In this document: in pieces, positions 13,555-25,454 of the stretch
How positions within the stretch are numbered: position 1 is the stretch's first letter
Layout: each line of letters opens with the position of its first letter
Origin: Chiloscyllium plagiosum
Taxonomy: Eukaryota
Assembly (NCBI RefSeq): GCF_004010195.1
Contig: NC_057718.1
Span: 75,213,859 to 75,277,858, forward strand
Reading direction: 5' to 3'
Length of the DNA: 64,000 bases
Translations under genes and position numbers: made by a program
The notes under the pieces: model-generated
What the model was told of the DNA's origin: nothing
The model's input: only the letters and a program-made list of their open reading frames with translations
The model's database searches: none

Positions 13555-14125
13555 TAGAGTCATGGAAATCTGCAGGACAGAAAAAAAACCCTTTGACTCA
13601 TCACATCCATGTCAGTCAAAAACAACCAGCTAATTATTCTATTTTCTAGCACTTGACCTATAGCCTTATACACCTTGGCATCACAAGTACACATCGAAAG
13701 ACCGCTTACATGTTCGGAGGGTTTCTGCTTCTGCTACTCTTAAAGAAAGTGAGTTTCAAATTCCCAACAGCATTTGGGTGTAAAAGATTTTCTTCGCATC
13801 TCTTTGACACAATCTGCCCTTGCCTAAATCTGTGCCCCCAGTCATTGTCCCCACATGAAGGGGAAATATCTCTTCCTTCTACCTTATCTATGCACCTCAT
13901 AATTTTATATATCTCAATCATGACCTCTCTCAATCACCTCTGTGCTAAGGAAAACAACCATATACTGTCCAATGTCTCATCATAGATACAACTCTCCAGC
14001 TGAGGCAACATTATGGTAAATCTCCTCTATACTTTCTTTAGTGCTCTCACATCCTTCCTAGAATGAGCTGTGGCCAATGCTTAATACAGTTCCAGTGAAA
14101 CTTACTGCTCTTCAACTCTAGAGCT
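13555..14125 (-). mobile_element. CR1-group LINE 3' fragment
   Basis: ORF 13706-13933 (REVMIEIYKIMRCIDKV) and a tagagtcat tail. Confidence 0.75.
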
Positions 14126-15509
14126 AAATATACTGGCACACCTCATGTTTGGCAGACATTGGTGGTTACCAAGGATTAAGAATATTTCCTTTATTGTGAA
14201 AATACAACGTTATATATTTTTATTGTTCTCACAGCATGCACTGCTTAAACCTAGTTCTTGGGAAATGAAGTAGGCCAAGTAATTAAACGCTGGGGAGGGA
14301 ACATTTAGGTAACAGTGATGATAGTATTCTAAGGTTCAGGATTACAGTGGAAATTGCAGTGGTGAACCCAGAGTTAAAATAATCAACTGATAATGCATGA
14401 GGTGTAGTCAAGGATATTGAGGGAAGTGAGCCTGGAAAATGTAAAGGCATTGGCTGACTTGACCCAACTCGATTAACCAACCTCCTTACCCCACCTGTGC
14501 CTAGCACCTCTTCTTCACTGCTTGATCCAGCCCCCATCCTGTTAGTTTGATTTTCTTATAAATATTTCAGGGCAAGAACATATGATTATTTTAGTGGGAC
14601 TTAGTTCTCCAACTACGTAGTTTGAAAATTATTTATGGAAAATAAAATATTCTAATAGATGCTTTTTTGAGAGTACATTTAAAGAACACTGGGTGATATG
14701 GTTTTCGTTAACTTATGTAAGATGCTGTTGCTATGAAACTCTTGAGCTTGAATATGTTACTACTTACTGTTAATGTGACCTACAACATTATTAGGATAAT
14801 GTTTGATGAGTAATGGAAACACTTTTTTTCTTTGGGGGCTGGTTAGCTGTAGGTTATGTGACTTATATATTTTAATATCATTTATTTTTGAGTTTGGATT
14901 TTTGAATTTTAAGCCAGTTACATTTAGGTTTTTCTGTCAATCTGAAGGGCTTAAAAAATAACTGAAGTATTTCTGTAGCTATGGTAATTTCTTTCAAACT
15001 GCTTGAGAAAGAGCGAGAACCTTCAAGAATGAATGAGTTTTTCTCTATATTGGGTGCAAACAAGTTGCACAGTGTAGTTCATTAGGTTTTCTGATGGAAG
15101 ATTCCAGAACTGCTTTATGTTCAGTTTAGAGGGAAACACCCATTGCTTGGTTTTAGTTTCTGTTTGAGGAATTCAACAGCTGTACAAAGCAATTACTGAG
15201 AACTAAAGGTAGGTTACATTTGTTAAAAGATAGATTATCCCAGAATAAATGGCTTTGTGACTTTCAGACCAGAAGTGAATTGATTATTGGAAACTGCAAA
15301 AGTATAAACTTAAATCTATGAAGGCTCCCGGAAAAGGCAATCAGAATCTCCATACTGGGAATTGAGGTTATGTTTTTCAGAATCTATACATTTGTGTTAT
15401 GTGCACGTGGTTTGGCATTATTCTGTTTTATCTTCATTTCTTTTATAAAATAAACTTCATTTTGATCTGCATATATTTATGTTTTGGTGGTGCAATCTAG
15501 AATGAAGAG

Positions 15510-15920
15510 TCTCACATACAAAGCAGCCCATCCTCTACCGCATTCACTATTTACACCCTCTACACATTTGCACAGAGTTAACAGTGGGTACCCTGTATAA
15601 GATGCACTTCACCAACTCACTAAGACTCCTCAGAATACATCTTCTAAACCTGTAACCTCTAACACCTGGGTTAGATCCATGGGTTTACCAAAACCTGCCA
15701 AATTCCCCTTCAATTCACACACCATCCTGACTCATAACTACATCACCATTCCTTCAGTGAAACTAGGTTAAATTTCTGGAACACCCTCTCCCTGGGTGTA
15801 GCCAAATCATAACAGTAGTTCAAGAATGCAGCTTGCCACCATCTTCTCAAAGGGGACTGGGAATGGAAAATAAATGTCCATACAACCAGCAAAGCCTATA
15901 TCCCCTGAATGAGGAGAAAA
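15510..15920 (+). mobile_element. 3' end of the second LINE family
   Basis: gttcaagaatgcagcttgccaccatcttctcaaagggg...taaatg...tatcccctgaatga. Matches the reverse of 8330-8650. Confidence 0.65.
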
Positions 15921-16229
15921 TCAGTTTGAAATCATAGAAAATATGATAGATTTCCCACATACGCAGACTACCACAAAGTACTCATAATATTTGGATCTGA
16001 TCATAAATTATGTCTGCATTTGCCCAAATTATTCAGGATCATCTGGGAACTTGTTTAAAATTGTTAGCCACTTGCATTGACATGCAATTGCCAACATAAC
16101 GAAAGCACTTGAGCTGGTCATTATCACAATAACAAAACTGATAATTGTACTTTCTCTGCCACGAGTAACTGCACTTCAAAAATAGTTAATTGGAAGTTAA
16201 TTGGCTGTAATGTACTTTGTAACATCCTA

Positions 16230-16901
16230 GAATCAGAGAGATGGACAGCACGGAAACAGACCCTTTAGTCTAACTCGTCCATGCCGACCAGATATCCCAA
16301 CCTAATCTAGTTCCATTTGCCAGTTCTTGGCCCATATCCCTCGAAACTCTTCCTATTCATATACCCATCCAGATGCCTTTTAAATGTTGCAATTGTACCA
16401 GCCCCCACCACTTCCTCTAGCAGCTCATTTCATATACGCACCACCCTCTGTGTGAAAAAGTTGCCCCTTAGGTCCCTTTTATATCTTTCCCCTCTCACCC
16501 TAAACCTAGTTCTGAATTCTCCCACCCCAGGGAAAAGACCCATTTATCCTATCCATGCCCCTCATGATTTTATAAACCTCTATGACATCACCCTTCAGCC
16601 TTCAACGCTCCAGGGAAAACAGCCCCAGCCAACTCAACCTCCCCCTATAGCTCAAATTCTCCAACTCTGGCAACATCCTTGTAAATCTTTTCTGTATCAT
16701 TTCAAATTTCACAACATCCTTCCAATAGGAAGGAGACAAAAATTGCACACAATATTCCAAAAGTGGCCTAACCAATGTCCTGTACAGCTGCAACATGACT
16801 TCCTAACTCCTATACTTAGTGTTCTGACCAATAAAGGAAAACACACCAAACGCCTTCTTCAGTATCCTATCTACCTGCGAGTCCACTTTCAAGGAGCTAT
16901 A
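16230..16901 (-). mobile_element. Young 5'-truncated CR1-group LINE with TSD
   Basis: ORF 16602-16796 (LYRTLVRPLLEYCVQF..LGLFSLER). Flanked by the exact 9-bp direct repeat aacatccta at 16221-16229 and 16902-16910. Confidence 0.9.
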
Positions 16902-16970
16902 AACATCCTAAGGTTGTGATTAATGCTGTGGAATTGCAAATTATTCCATCTTTTTGAGTTCAGCAGAGAG

Positions 16971-17320
16971 GTGGCGGTCTGTTGGCTCAGTGGTTAGCAC
17001 TGCAGCCTCACAGCATCAGGGACTTGGGTTCGATTCCAGCCTCGGGTGACTGTCTGTGCAGTTTGCACATTCTCCCGTGTGTATGTGGGCTTCCTCTGGA
17101 TGCTCGGGTTTCCTCCCATAGTCCAAAGGTGTGCTGGTTAAGTGAATTGGCCATGTTAAATTATCCATGCTAAATTCAGGTATGTGTAGGTGAGGTGCAT
17201 TAGTCAGGGGAAATGTAAAGTAATGGGGTAGTGGAATGGGTCTGGGTGGGATACTCTTTAGAGGGTCGGTGTGGTCTTGTTGGGCCAAATGGCCTGTTTC
17301 CACACTGTAGGGAATATATG
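16971..17320 (+). mobile_element. HE1-type V-SINE
   Basis: tggctcagtgg A box, ggttcgattcc B box, same body and tail as 666-955. Confidence 0.9.
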
Positions 17321-17339
17321 ATTTCAAAGATGAAATCAC

Positions 17340-18620
17340 ATTGAGGATAGCAGGATATGCAATGATTCACAGCTGCAGTATATGGAAGCTCCTGGGTACT
17401 AGCATGTTCTCGGATCCAGTAAGTGTTTCCAGCTTGAAAATTTCTGATCAGAAGTTGTGGGCCTAACATGAACACTGCTATACATCAGGAAGGATAAAGA
17501 TTAGTTGTTTAATTTGTGTCATGAAGCAGTCACATCCCTTAGGAGAGGGCCTTCTAATGTGGTCAGTAATCAGGAAAAGGAGGGTATGGCTGCAAGTAAG
17601 GAGATCCTGAGGACAGGACTGCAGGAGCCTCAGACTTTGTAATTATCCAACTGGCTTGAAGTTCTTTCTGATGTGAGTGAAGGTTACAGAGTGGATGAGG
17701 AAACTGACTGTGGCATCATGGCACAGGAAGCCAGCCAAGCAGGAGGAATAAAATAGAATGTAATGGTAGTCAGAGATAGTGTAATGAAGGGGATAGACAC
17801 CACTCTATGCAAAAAAAGAGTGTGAGTTCACAAGGTTATGGTGCCTATGCTGGGGTTTGGGATCTGCTCAAGGCTAGACAGGAACTAACTGTGGGAGGGG
17901 GAGAATCCAGTCGTCATGGTTCATCTAGGTATCAATGACACAGACAGGTCAAGGAGAGAGGGGTTTTGCTTAGACCGTAAGAGGAACTAGGTACCAAATT
18001 GAAAAACTTGAAGCTTAATAATCTCTGAATTATTATGTGAGCCACATGCCAATTAGCAGAGAACATATAAATTATGTTAAATGAATACATGGCTCGAAGA
18101 TTGCCATGGGAGAAGTGGGTTCTGGGTCATAGGCATTGGCATCAGTTATGGGTAATATGGGGGATGTACCATTGAGCTGTACTTATGTTTAAAAACGGTA
18201 AAAAGAACTAAAGTAATGTTGATCCTTTAGTGAGCGAGAATGGGAAGTTAATAGTTGATAGCAATGATTATAAAATGAACAAACTCTGCCTCACGGATAC
18301 AGAAACCATTCCAGTAATAGCTGAAAATCAGGAGATAAGGGAGAGAACAACTTTGTGAAAAAACAGCCACTAGGGAAAGCAGCATTGAGCAAACTGATCA
18401 AGCTGCAGGTTGTGACATCCTCTGGTTCTGACAGATTTCATCCTCAGGTCTTAAAACAGCGGGCTGATGAGGTAAGAAGTGCACTGGTGTTAATTTCCCT
18501 GCAGGAAAGGTTGCATCATATTGTAAAGGAGCAAATATAATTCCTCTGTTTAAGAATGGAAGAAGGCAGGAAATGTGAAACTACGAGCAGAATGTTATAA
18601 AGGTCTGACTAACATGTAGT
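17340..18620 (+). mobile_element. CR1-group LINE 5' part including an SGNH-esterase ORF1 remnant
   Basis: VVRDSVMKGIDT (~17765) and GENPVVMVHLGIND (~17900) match GDS/GxND blocks of CR1 ORF1 esterases. ORF2 remnants follow (GSDRFHPQVLK). Confidence 0.7.
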
Positions 18621-18629
18621 ATGGCATGG

Positions 18630-18965
18630 TTTGCGGCAGAATCAGACAAGTAACATCGACGGCAGTTGTGGGGGCAGAAGTGGGAGCAACGGTGGTGGTT
18701 GTGGGGGCAGAAGTGATGTTAATGGTGGTGGGGGCGGAAGTGGTATTAACGGTGGTGGTTGTAGGGGTGGAAGTGATATTAACGGTGGTGGTTGTAGGGG
18801 TGGAAATGGTATTAACGGTGGTGGTTGTGGGGGTGGAAGTGGTATTAATGGTGGTGGTTGTAGGGGTGGAAGTGGTATTAACGGTGGTAGTTGTGGGGTG
18901 GAAGTGATGTTAATGGTGGTAGTTGTGGGAGTGAAAGTGATGTTAATGGTGGTGGTTGTGGGGAT
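18630..18965. repeat. G-rich minisatellite, ~30-bp unit, about 11 copies
   Basis: Repeated unit gtggaagtggtattaacggtggtggttgtaggg-like, with divergence toward both edges. Confidence 0.9.
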
Positions 18966-19796
18966 GGATGCTTCCGCAGCTGCACTGGCACTATCCCCCA
19001 CTTTTCCTCCACTACATCGATGACTTTATTGGCACTGCCTTGTGCTCCCTCAAGGAGCTTGAATAATTAATCCACTACACCCACACCTTCCACCTTAACC
19101 TCACATTCACCTGGACCATCTCCAACACCTCCCTTTCCGTTGGTGACTAACTCAACACTGACATCTATTTGAAACTCACTGACTCCCACAGCTACCTTGA
19201 CTATACCTCCTACCCTACTTCCTGTAAAAATGTAATCCCATACTCCCAATTCCTCCATCCCTGCCATATCTACCCCCAGGATGAGCAATTCCACTCCAGG
19301 ACATCCCAGATGTCCTCCTACTTCCAAGATCATAATTTCCCCTCCCCTGTAGTCAACAATGTCCTCAGTCACATCTCCTCTGTCCTTGATCCACCCCGCC
19401 CCCCCCCAACCCCAATAAGGATAGAATCCTCCTCGTCCTCACATTCTGCTGCACTAATCTCCAAATTCAGTGTATCATCCTCTGCTACCTATAGTCAGGC
19501 ACACCACCAAAAATATATTCCTTCCCCCCATCCCTATCTGCATTCCAAAGGGACTGTTCCCTCCGCGATTCCCCACCAACCCTCTCTTCACACCTCACAC
19601 GTCCCCCTGCCTCCGTGAAAGGTGAAAAACCTGTGCCTATACCTTCCCCCTCAATTCTGTCCAAGGCCCCAAAGGATCCTTCCACATCCGCCAGAGATTT
19701 GCTTGCATATCCTCAACCTCATTTACTGCATCTCTTGCTCGTGATGTGGTCTCTTCTGCATCAGAGAGACCAAGTGCAAACTTGCGAAATGGTTCA

Positions 19797-20440
19797 GAAC
19801 ATAGAACATAGAAACATACAGCACAGAACAGGCCCTTAGACCCACAATGTTGTGTCGAGACTTAATCTTAATGTAAAATATAATAAGGAGAAAGTGAGGA
19901 CTGCAGATGCTGGAAATCAGAGCTGAAAATGTGTTGCTGGAAAAGCGCAGCAGGTCAGGGAGCATCCATGGAGCAGGAGAATTGGCATTTCAGGCATAAG
20001 CCCTTCCTGAAGAAGGGCTCATGCCCAAAACATCAATTCTCCTGCTCCTTGGATGCTGCCTGACCTGCTGCACTTTTCCAGCAACACATTTTCAGCTCAG
20101 GGTAAAATATAATAACTTAACCTACGCACCCCTCAACTCACTGCTATCCATGTGCATGGCTAGCAGTTGCTTAAATGTCCCCAATGACTCTGCTTCCACC
20201 ACCACAGCTGGCAATGCATTCCATGCATTCACAACCCACTGCGTAAAGAAGTTACCTCTGATGTCTCCTTTATACCTTCCTCCTAATATCTTCAAACTAT
20301 GACTTCTCGTACCAGTCAATCCTGCCCTGGGGAAAAGTCTCTGGCTATTGACTTTATCTACTCCTCTCATTATTTTGTACACCTCGATTAGGTCTCGTCT
20401 CTTCCTCCTTCTCTCCAGAGAGAAAAGTCCGAGCTTAGGG
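19797..20440 (-). mobile_element. CR1-group LINE 3' end inserted in the PLE
   Basis: ORF 20122-20490 (LGLFSLERRRKRRDLIEVYKIMRG..FFTQWVVNAWNALP) and an agaacat repeat tail at 19797-19815. Confidence 0.9.
19887..20101. mobile_element. PLE-derived fold-back element, family A
   Basis: Inverted arms ~19920-20005 and ~20012-20098, one-sided tail 19888-19919, exact 14-bp TSD gtaaaatataataa (19873-19886 / 20102-20115). Confidence 0.9.
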
Positions 20441-21212
20441 AACATCTCTGGTCCGTACGCACCAACCAACCCCACCACCTTATCTTCCACCTCGAGTGCC
20501 TACAACCACACAGCCTCAACACTGAATTCACCAGTTTCTAAATCTCCCCATCCCAGATCCAACCCTCCGACTTGGCTCCGCCCTCTTGACCTGACCTATC
20601 TGTCCATCTTCCTCCCCACATATCCACTTCCCACTTCCCACCGACCTATCACAATCACCTCCCAACTTAGCCCACTTATTACTATCCCACATACCTTTCC
20701 TTTCACCACACACCCCATTTATTCCTCAGCTCCTTCCCCCTCCAGTCTTGATGAAGGATTCTGCCCAAAACATGGACTGTCTTGCTCCTTGGATGATGCT
20801 TGATTTGCTGTGCTTTTCCAGCTCTACACTTTACTGACTCTGACTTTCCAGCATCTGCAGTCCTCATTATTTCCTAACATCAGCACGTATGTCACAGACT
20901 TTCATCTTTGGGTGTCTGATGGTGGTCATAACAGATTGGATGTTGAATGCCCACATCGATGTCAGCCTTATGTGGTATGTAGCTTTCCAGGTGAGAAAAG
21001 ATTCAAATAGAGTGAGTAGGCAATGCAGGCTTCATGTAACATTATTGGTCTGGGAGGTTGGGGGTGTAAGAGCAGGTGAGGGATGATGATTCAGGCATTG
21101 GTGATAGTGCCAGAACATGAGTCGTGCTTGGTAGTGGGTGCAATTACAGAGTTACAGTGAATATTAGGGAGCAGAGAGAGCAGTGTTACACTGAACCTGG
21201 TGAAGTGGAGAA

Positions 21213-21535
21213 GGGCGGCACGATGGCACAGTGGTTAGCACTGCTGCCTCACAGCGCCAGAGACCTGGGTTCAATTCCCGCCTCAGGCGACTGACTGTGT
21301 GGAGTTTGCACGTCCTCCCCGTGTCTGCGTGGGTTTCCTCCGGGTGCTCCGGTTTCCTCCCACAGTCCAAACATGTGCGGGTCAGGTGAATTTGCCATCC
21401 TAAATTGCCCGTAGTGTTAGGTAAAGGGCAAATGTAGGGGTATGGCTGGGTTGCGCTTCGGCGGGTCGGTGTGGACTTGTTGGGCCGAAGGGCCTGTTTC
21501 CACACTGTAAGTAATCTAATCTAATCTAATCTAAT
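21213..21535 (+). mobile_element. HE1-type V-SINE (young, CpG-rich)
   Basis: Full A/B boxes, V-domain, (taatc)n tail at 21512-21535. Confidence 0.92.
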
Positions 21536-21539
21536 TATT

Positions 21540-22040
21540 GACCTTTCTTACAGTACTGCTGCTCTTCCTCCACACCAATGAGACTGCACAATGAGGCTGC
21601 CGACTTCAGATCAGACTGCAAGGGTCTGGTGTCAGGTCTGCCTCCTCTGGTGATCCTGGGGAAGAGGATGTACCTTCTTTGAATCATCACACCATCCAAC
21701 AGGACCTCAAGGCCCCTGATGAAATATCGCAGTGCCATCATCTCCTTCTCCAGTAGGTTCAACCTATCTGTCAAAGTGAAGCAGATTCAGAATGCCAGTG
21801 TAATCCAAGCCTATTAAATATGGCACCAGAGTTGCTAATGTTTGGTGGATATCTCGTGAGCATGACTTGTTCCATACGTTAGCCATATGGTGAGATGAAG
21901 GAGAATAAAACTTGAAGGAAGTCATAGCAGTGGGGTAGACAGTTAATGAAGCATGTTTGGTAAGATACAGCGTGAAGACTCACTGGGCCTCCAGGTGAGA
22001 AACCCTCAAAAAAACTCAGCAAAATTCACATTCAGCCAAA
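21540..22040 (-). mobile_element. PIF/Harbinger-type remnant with a Myb/SANT ORF fragment
   Basis: ORF 21535-21774 (LEVLLDGV..RRYILFP...QQYCKK) and a terminal agattctggcc motif at ~22028-22038. Confidence 0.55.
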
Positions 22041-22701
22041 AAAAATAAGATTCTGGCCAATGTTTCTGAAAATTCTTTGCAATGATCAAATGGATCTTGT
22101 TCTGTTGATAATCCATAATCCATGAAATTATCAGAGCATTTGCATGAGTTTTTATTCATGATCTCTCTATTGAAAGTATTTGACATAAAGATAGTTGTGT
22201 GCCACTTTAGGTTATAATCATCAATTACATTGAGAGTATCATCTTATTGTTTGAGATTAATACGTCTTCATGACAAGTTGCCCACTTTTTCTTTTAACAT
22301 TGATAATATTTTAAGATCCACCTCAAAATCCAAATCTCGAAGAAGGATAATAAATATATTTTGGCAGCCTTCTGGAAGTATAACACCATTTTGAAGGGAT
22401 TTGTCGGACACACCAGTTATTTCTAGCACAGTCGACAGTATACACTCTTGTCTATGCCATCAGTACACGGGGAGATTGTGAAGCAGGATGATCTTGTTGT
22501 CACACAGCCTTACTGCCGATAGGGTGCCAAGATACCAAATTTGGACCATGCAGTTCACAGCATTGGATTTTTCAAGCATTCTTCAAAAAGTGCCATTGAC
22601 CAACAGCATCCTTTGATGAGAATCTAAGTAAATTGGATTTATATTCTCTGGAGGTTAGAATGTTATTACACCTCACTGAGTTAGTCTGCTGAAAATCAAG
22701 G

Positions 22702-22902
22702 TTTGGAGATGCCGGTTTTGGACTGGGGTGTACAAAGTTAAAAATCACACAACACCAGGTTATAGTCCAACAGGTTTAATTGGAAGCACACTAGCTTTCG
22801 GAGCGACGCTACTTCACCTGATGAAGGAGTGTTGCTCCGAAAACTAGTGTGCTTCCAATTAAACCTGTTGGACTATAACCTGGTGTTGTGTGATTTTAAC
22901 TT
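22702..22902. mobile_element. PLE-derived fold-back element, family B
   Basis: ~85-bp inverted arms centred near 22818, one-sided tail 22702-22732, exact 12-bp TSD tgaaaatcaagg (22690-22701 / 22903-22914). Confidence 0.9.
22818..22846 (+). ncRNA. Minimal hammerhead ribozyme motif (family B)
   Basis: CUGAUGA-A-GGAGU guu GCUCC-GAAA-ACUA with helix I cac/gug. The partner arm shows the intact GAAAGCUA version. Confidence 0.6.
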
Positions 22903-24769
22903 TGAAAATCAAGGCCATGCTATTTCCTGACTCATTCCAAAAGATAAAACTCTTCAAAAAAAAACAGAATTCCTCAATCGACCTGTCCTTTAGGTTGACA
23001 GAGACCATAGACCAGGTTTCTGCACTTGACATAAATTACCACCTATTGTAAGTAAATAGATTCTAACTGCTGATAAATAATTTTGACATATAGTTGTCTA
23101 TAGTTAAAACTCTAACCCTCCTATAAACTCCCCTTATGTATGTGGATGCCGTCAGGGTGAAAAACAGAAGTGTTATGGGTGGAGAGAAAGACTTGACGGC
23201 AGTTCATTGGTCCCTGTCCACTTTTGTGTTTGCAGAGATTATTTTTGTGCTGATCAGAATTTTCATTCTTGCTTCTCAAGATAATTTCACTTGCTTGCAG
23301 GAGACACAGGGTGATTGATTTCTACTTATGAAGGGTTTTGACTTATCAATAAGAAGTCACAGCTGACAGCAACTGGAAAGGAAATAAGTTGGCTCTATTC
23401 AGGCTTGTGATATGTTTTATTGCAGAGTAATAACAGCTGCTTCTCCTCCAGAGGTCTGCAAAACATTCACACTCCCCAAGCAGTTCGGCTATCTGGGAAT
23501 GAATCACATAGTTGTTAGCAGGCAGAAGGCCTTTGTCATCAATAGCCAACATGAGTTCACAGACCAATCAGCTGCTTGTTGCTAGCCCAAACTCCATTTG
23601 TACACACCCTTTGGCTCCAACTCACCTGTAAACCAGAATTCCACTACTGCTTGAGCAAGCAGCTGTGTAAATAGTTAGTGTTACAATTACAGTTAGTACA
23701 TGACAATTGGTACAACTATCTTTCAGGCATCCTTTGTTCCTAAAACAGATATTTTCCTATTTCACTATTCTAGGTTATGTGGTGAGTTCTTCAATTTGAT
23801 AGACAGCATTACCACATCATCTCAGAGACAGCAGAGGAGCAGGTGACCTGCCCACAAAAGAAGGAAGGGTAATGGGTATCAGCACAACATAAGCTGAGGT
23901 CCAGTATGACATCACAGAGTGAAAGACTCTTCCTGATACTCTTTGATAACTTGATGGCAGGCTTGTCTTTGGAGACAGTTCCTTGTTGACCAGCCTGGTA
24001 GCCTGCCAATGCAGCTACTGCACATGACCAGTTGGCATTGTCCTGTATGCACCTCATTAAAGTTTTGCACGCCACACCTACAGTAGAACCCAACTGTGCC
24101 CTCACCCTTCAGTGAGCGAGTAATGAACTATCCTTTTCCCTGTGGTTGGTGCAGTCCACATGTCCTTGATGACTGACCATGTATCGATTCTAACTCCTTC
24201 CTTGTTTCCAAGGTATGTGCTATGGCAGTATGTGAGTTGGTGTCAGTGATTATCATATCAACAGATGTGGCCTTTTCATTAGGGTTTTCTGTAACTTTTT
24301 TAATTTCTCCTTGAGCTGCTGTGACTGGGCAGTAGGCAAATGTTGGCTATCTAAAAGCATTAAATCTGAAGAGGAATATTGGGAGGTGGGAAAGGGTCTA
24401 AGGTTGGAATTATGATTCTCATTGTCACACAATCAGCAGCTTATAAGATGAGGGTATGCTGGAACTTGGGAAGGGTTGGAACATATCATGGCAATGCTAG
24501 ATTCTACAGTTTCCATAATAGCTGACCCCACGATGCTGAGAACATTCGCTGTCATAAGCTCCAAGACATGGAACTGTACTAGTTCTTCCTACTCCTATGT
24601 TTTGTTGTGTGTTTTCTTGTCCAACAAGAAACAAGGCAGAATGTTAGCGATTGTATGGCATTATGATTGGGTGATGTGCATATCATAACTGAATAGGAAA
24701 CAACACAAGGTGTGTGTGAAGCTGACAGTATATATTAAGAATGTAATGGTGAGGTGCAGTATCTAGATG

Positions 24770-25100
24770 CTAGGCTTCAATCATAAGTGCCAGAGAAGAC
24801 CATTGAATGAATGATGGAGATGTAATGCACTGGGCGGTGTTGGCAGCAGTAGCAAAGTAGGTAGGCGATATCATGTGAAAAAGGTTTTCCCTGACATTGA
24901 CCACCTGAGTGAGATCATTAGATTGACACTGCTGCCAGGTTTTTGGGTCTGGTCTCTGAGAAATTATCTCCCTGGTTATCTGCAGCCACTTTCTTCTGAG
25001 CATTGTCCTTGAGGGTGTCCTGGTCTCCCGCAGAACTGTGGGGCTTGTTTTCCTACCCATCTCCACCACTATTGCCTCCAGCGCATCGCCTATCAACTTG
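24770..25100 (-). pseudogene. Myb/SANT (trihelix) ORF remnant of a PIF/Harbinger-type element
   Basis: ALEAIVVEM...LRRKWLQITREI..PKTWQQCQSNDL. The surrounding 23760-25400 is probably the same element. Confidence 0.6.
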
Positions 25101-25454
25101 CATTCCTCTCCCCACCCAGATATTTATACTTATATCTTACAATTGCAGCAATATAATTCGGTGCAGTCTCCCTTTACAAAGGACAGCCTGCCTTTAAGAA
25201 CAGAATGTTGGCAGTGCCAACTGCTTTTGCCACAATAATATTCAGCCTCCTGCTAAACACTGAGGCAGCATGACGAGAATGCCAGCAGGGAGGTGCCTGC
25301 TCAGGCTCAAGTTAAATCATAATTAGGAGGAAACATTAAGTTTGTGTGCTGCCCTTGTAATATTAACTGTTTCACTAAATTGGCAGGGGTAAATGCAATT
25401 CTTAAGTTCCATTCCCTAAATATGGATAATAAAAGTTGTGACCCAGAATGTCTA

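Larger units (their letters stand above)
19050..20875 (+). mobile_element. Penelope-like element (Neptune type) 3' half, hosting nested insertions
   Basis: ORF 19169: TDSHSYLDYTSYPTSCKNVIPYSQF (PLE RT thumb region). A pLTR with a decayed hammerhead lies at 20745-20870. Confidence 0.85.

Noticed and set aside
14760..15470. Possible old solo LTR
   Set aside because: The composition is LTR-like, but I could not find matching TG..CA termini or a TSD.
16317..16919. 200-aa plus-strand ORF
   Set aside because: It is antisense to a CR1 LINE 3' end.
18626..19023. Gly-rich, Val-rich and Pro-rich ORFs as structural protein genes
   Set aside because: All arise from a 30-bp tandem repeat between transposon fragments, with no splice or promoter context.
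21213..21290. tRNA gene
   Set aside because: The A/B boxes belong to the tRNA-derived head of an HE1 SINE and continue into the SINE body.
22050..22630. Protein-like minus-strand stretch (LEITGVSDKSLQNG..LRDLDFEVDLKIL)
   Set aside because: Interrupted by stops and I cannot assign a family. A BLASTx search would be needed.
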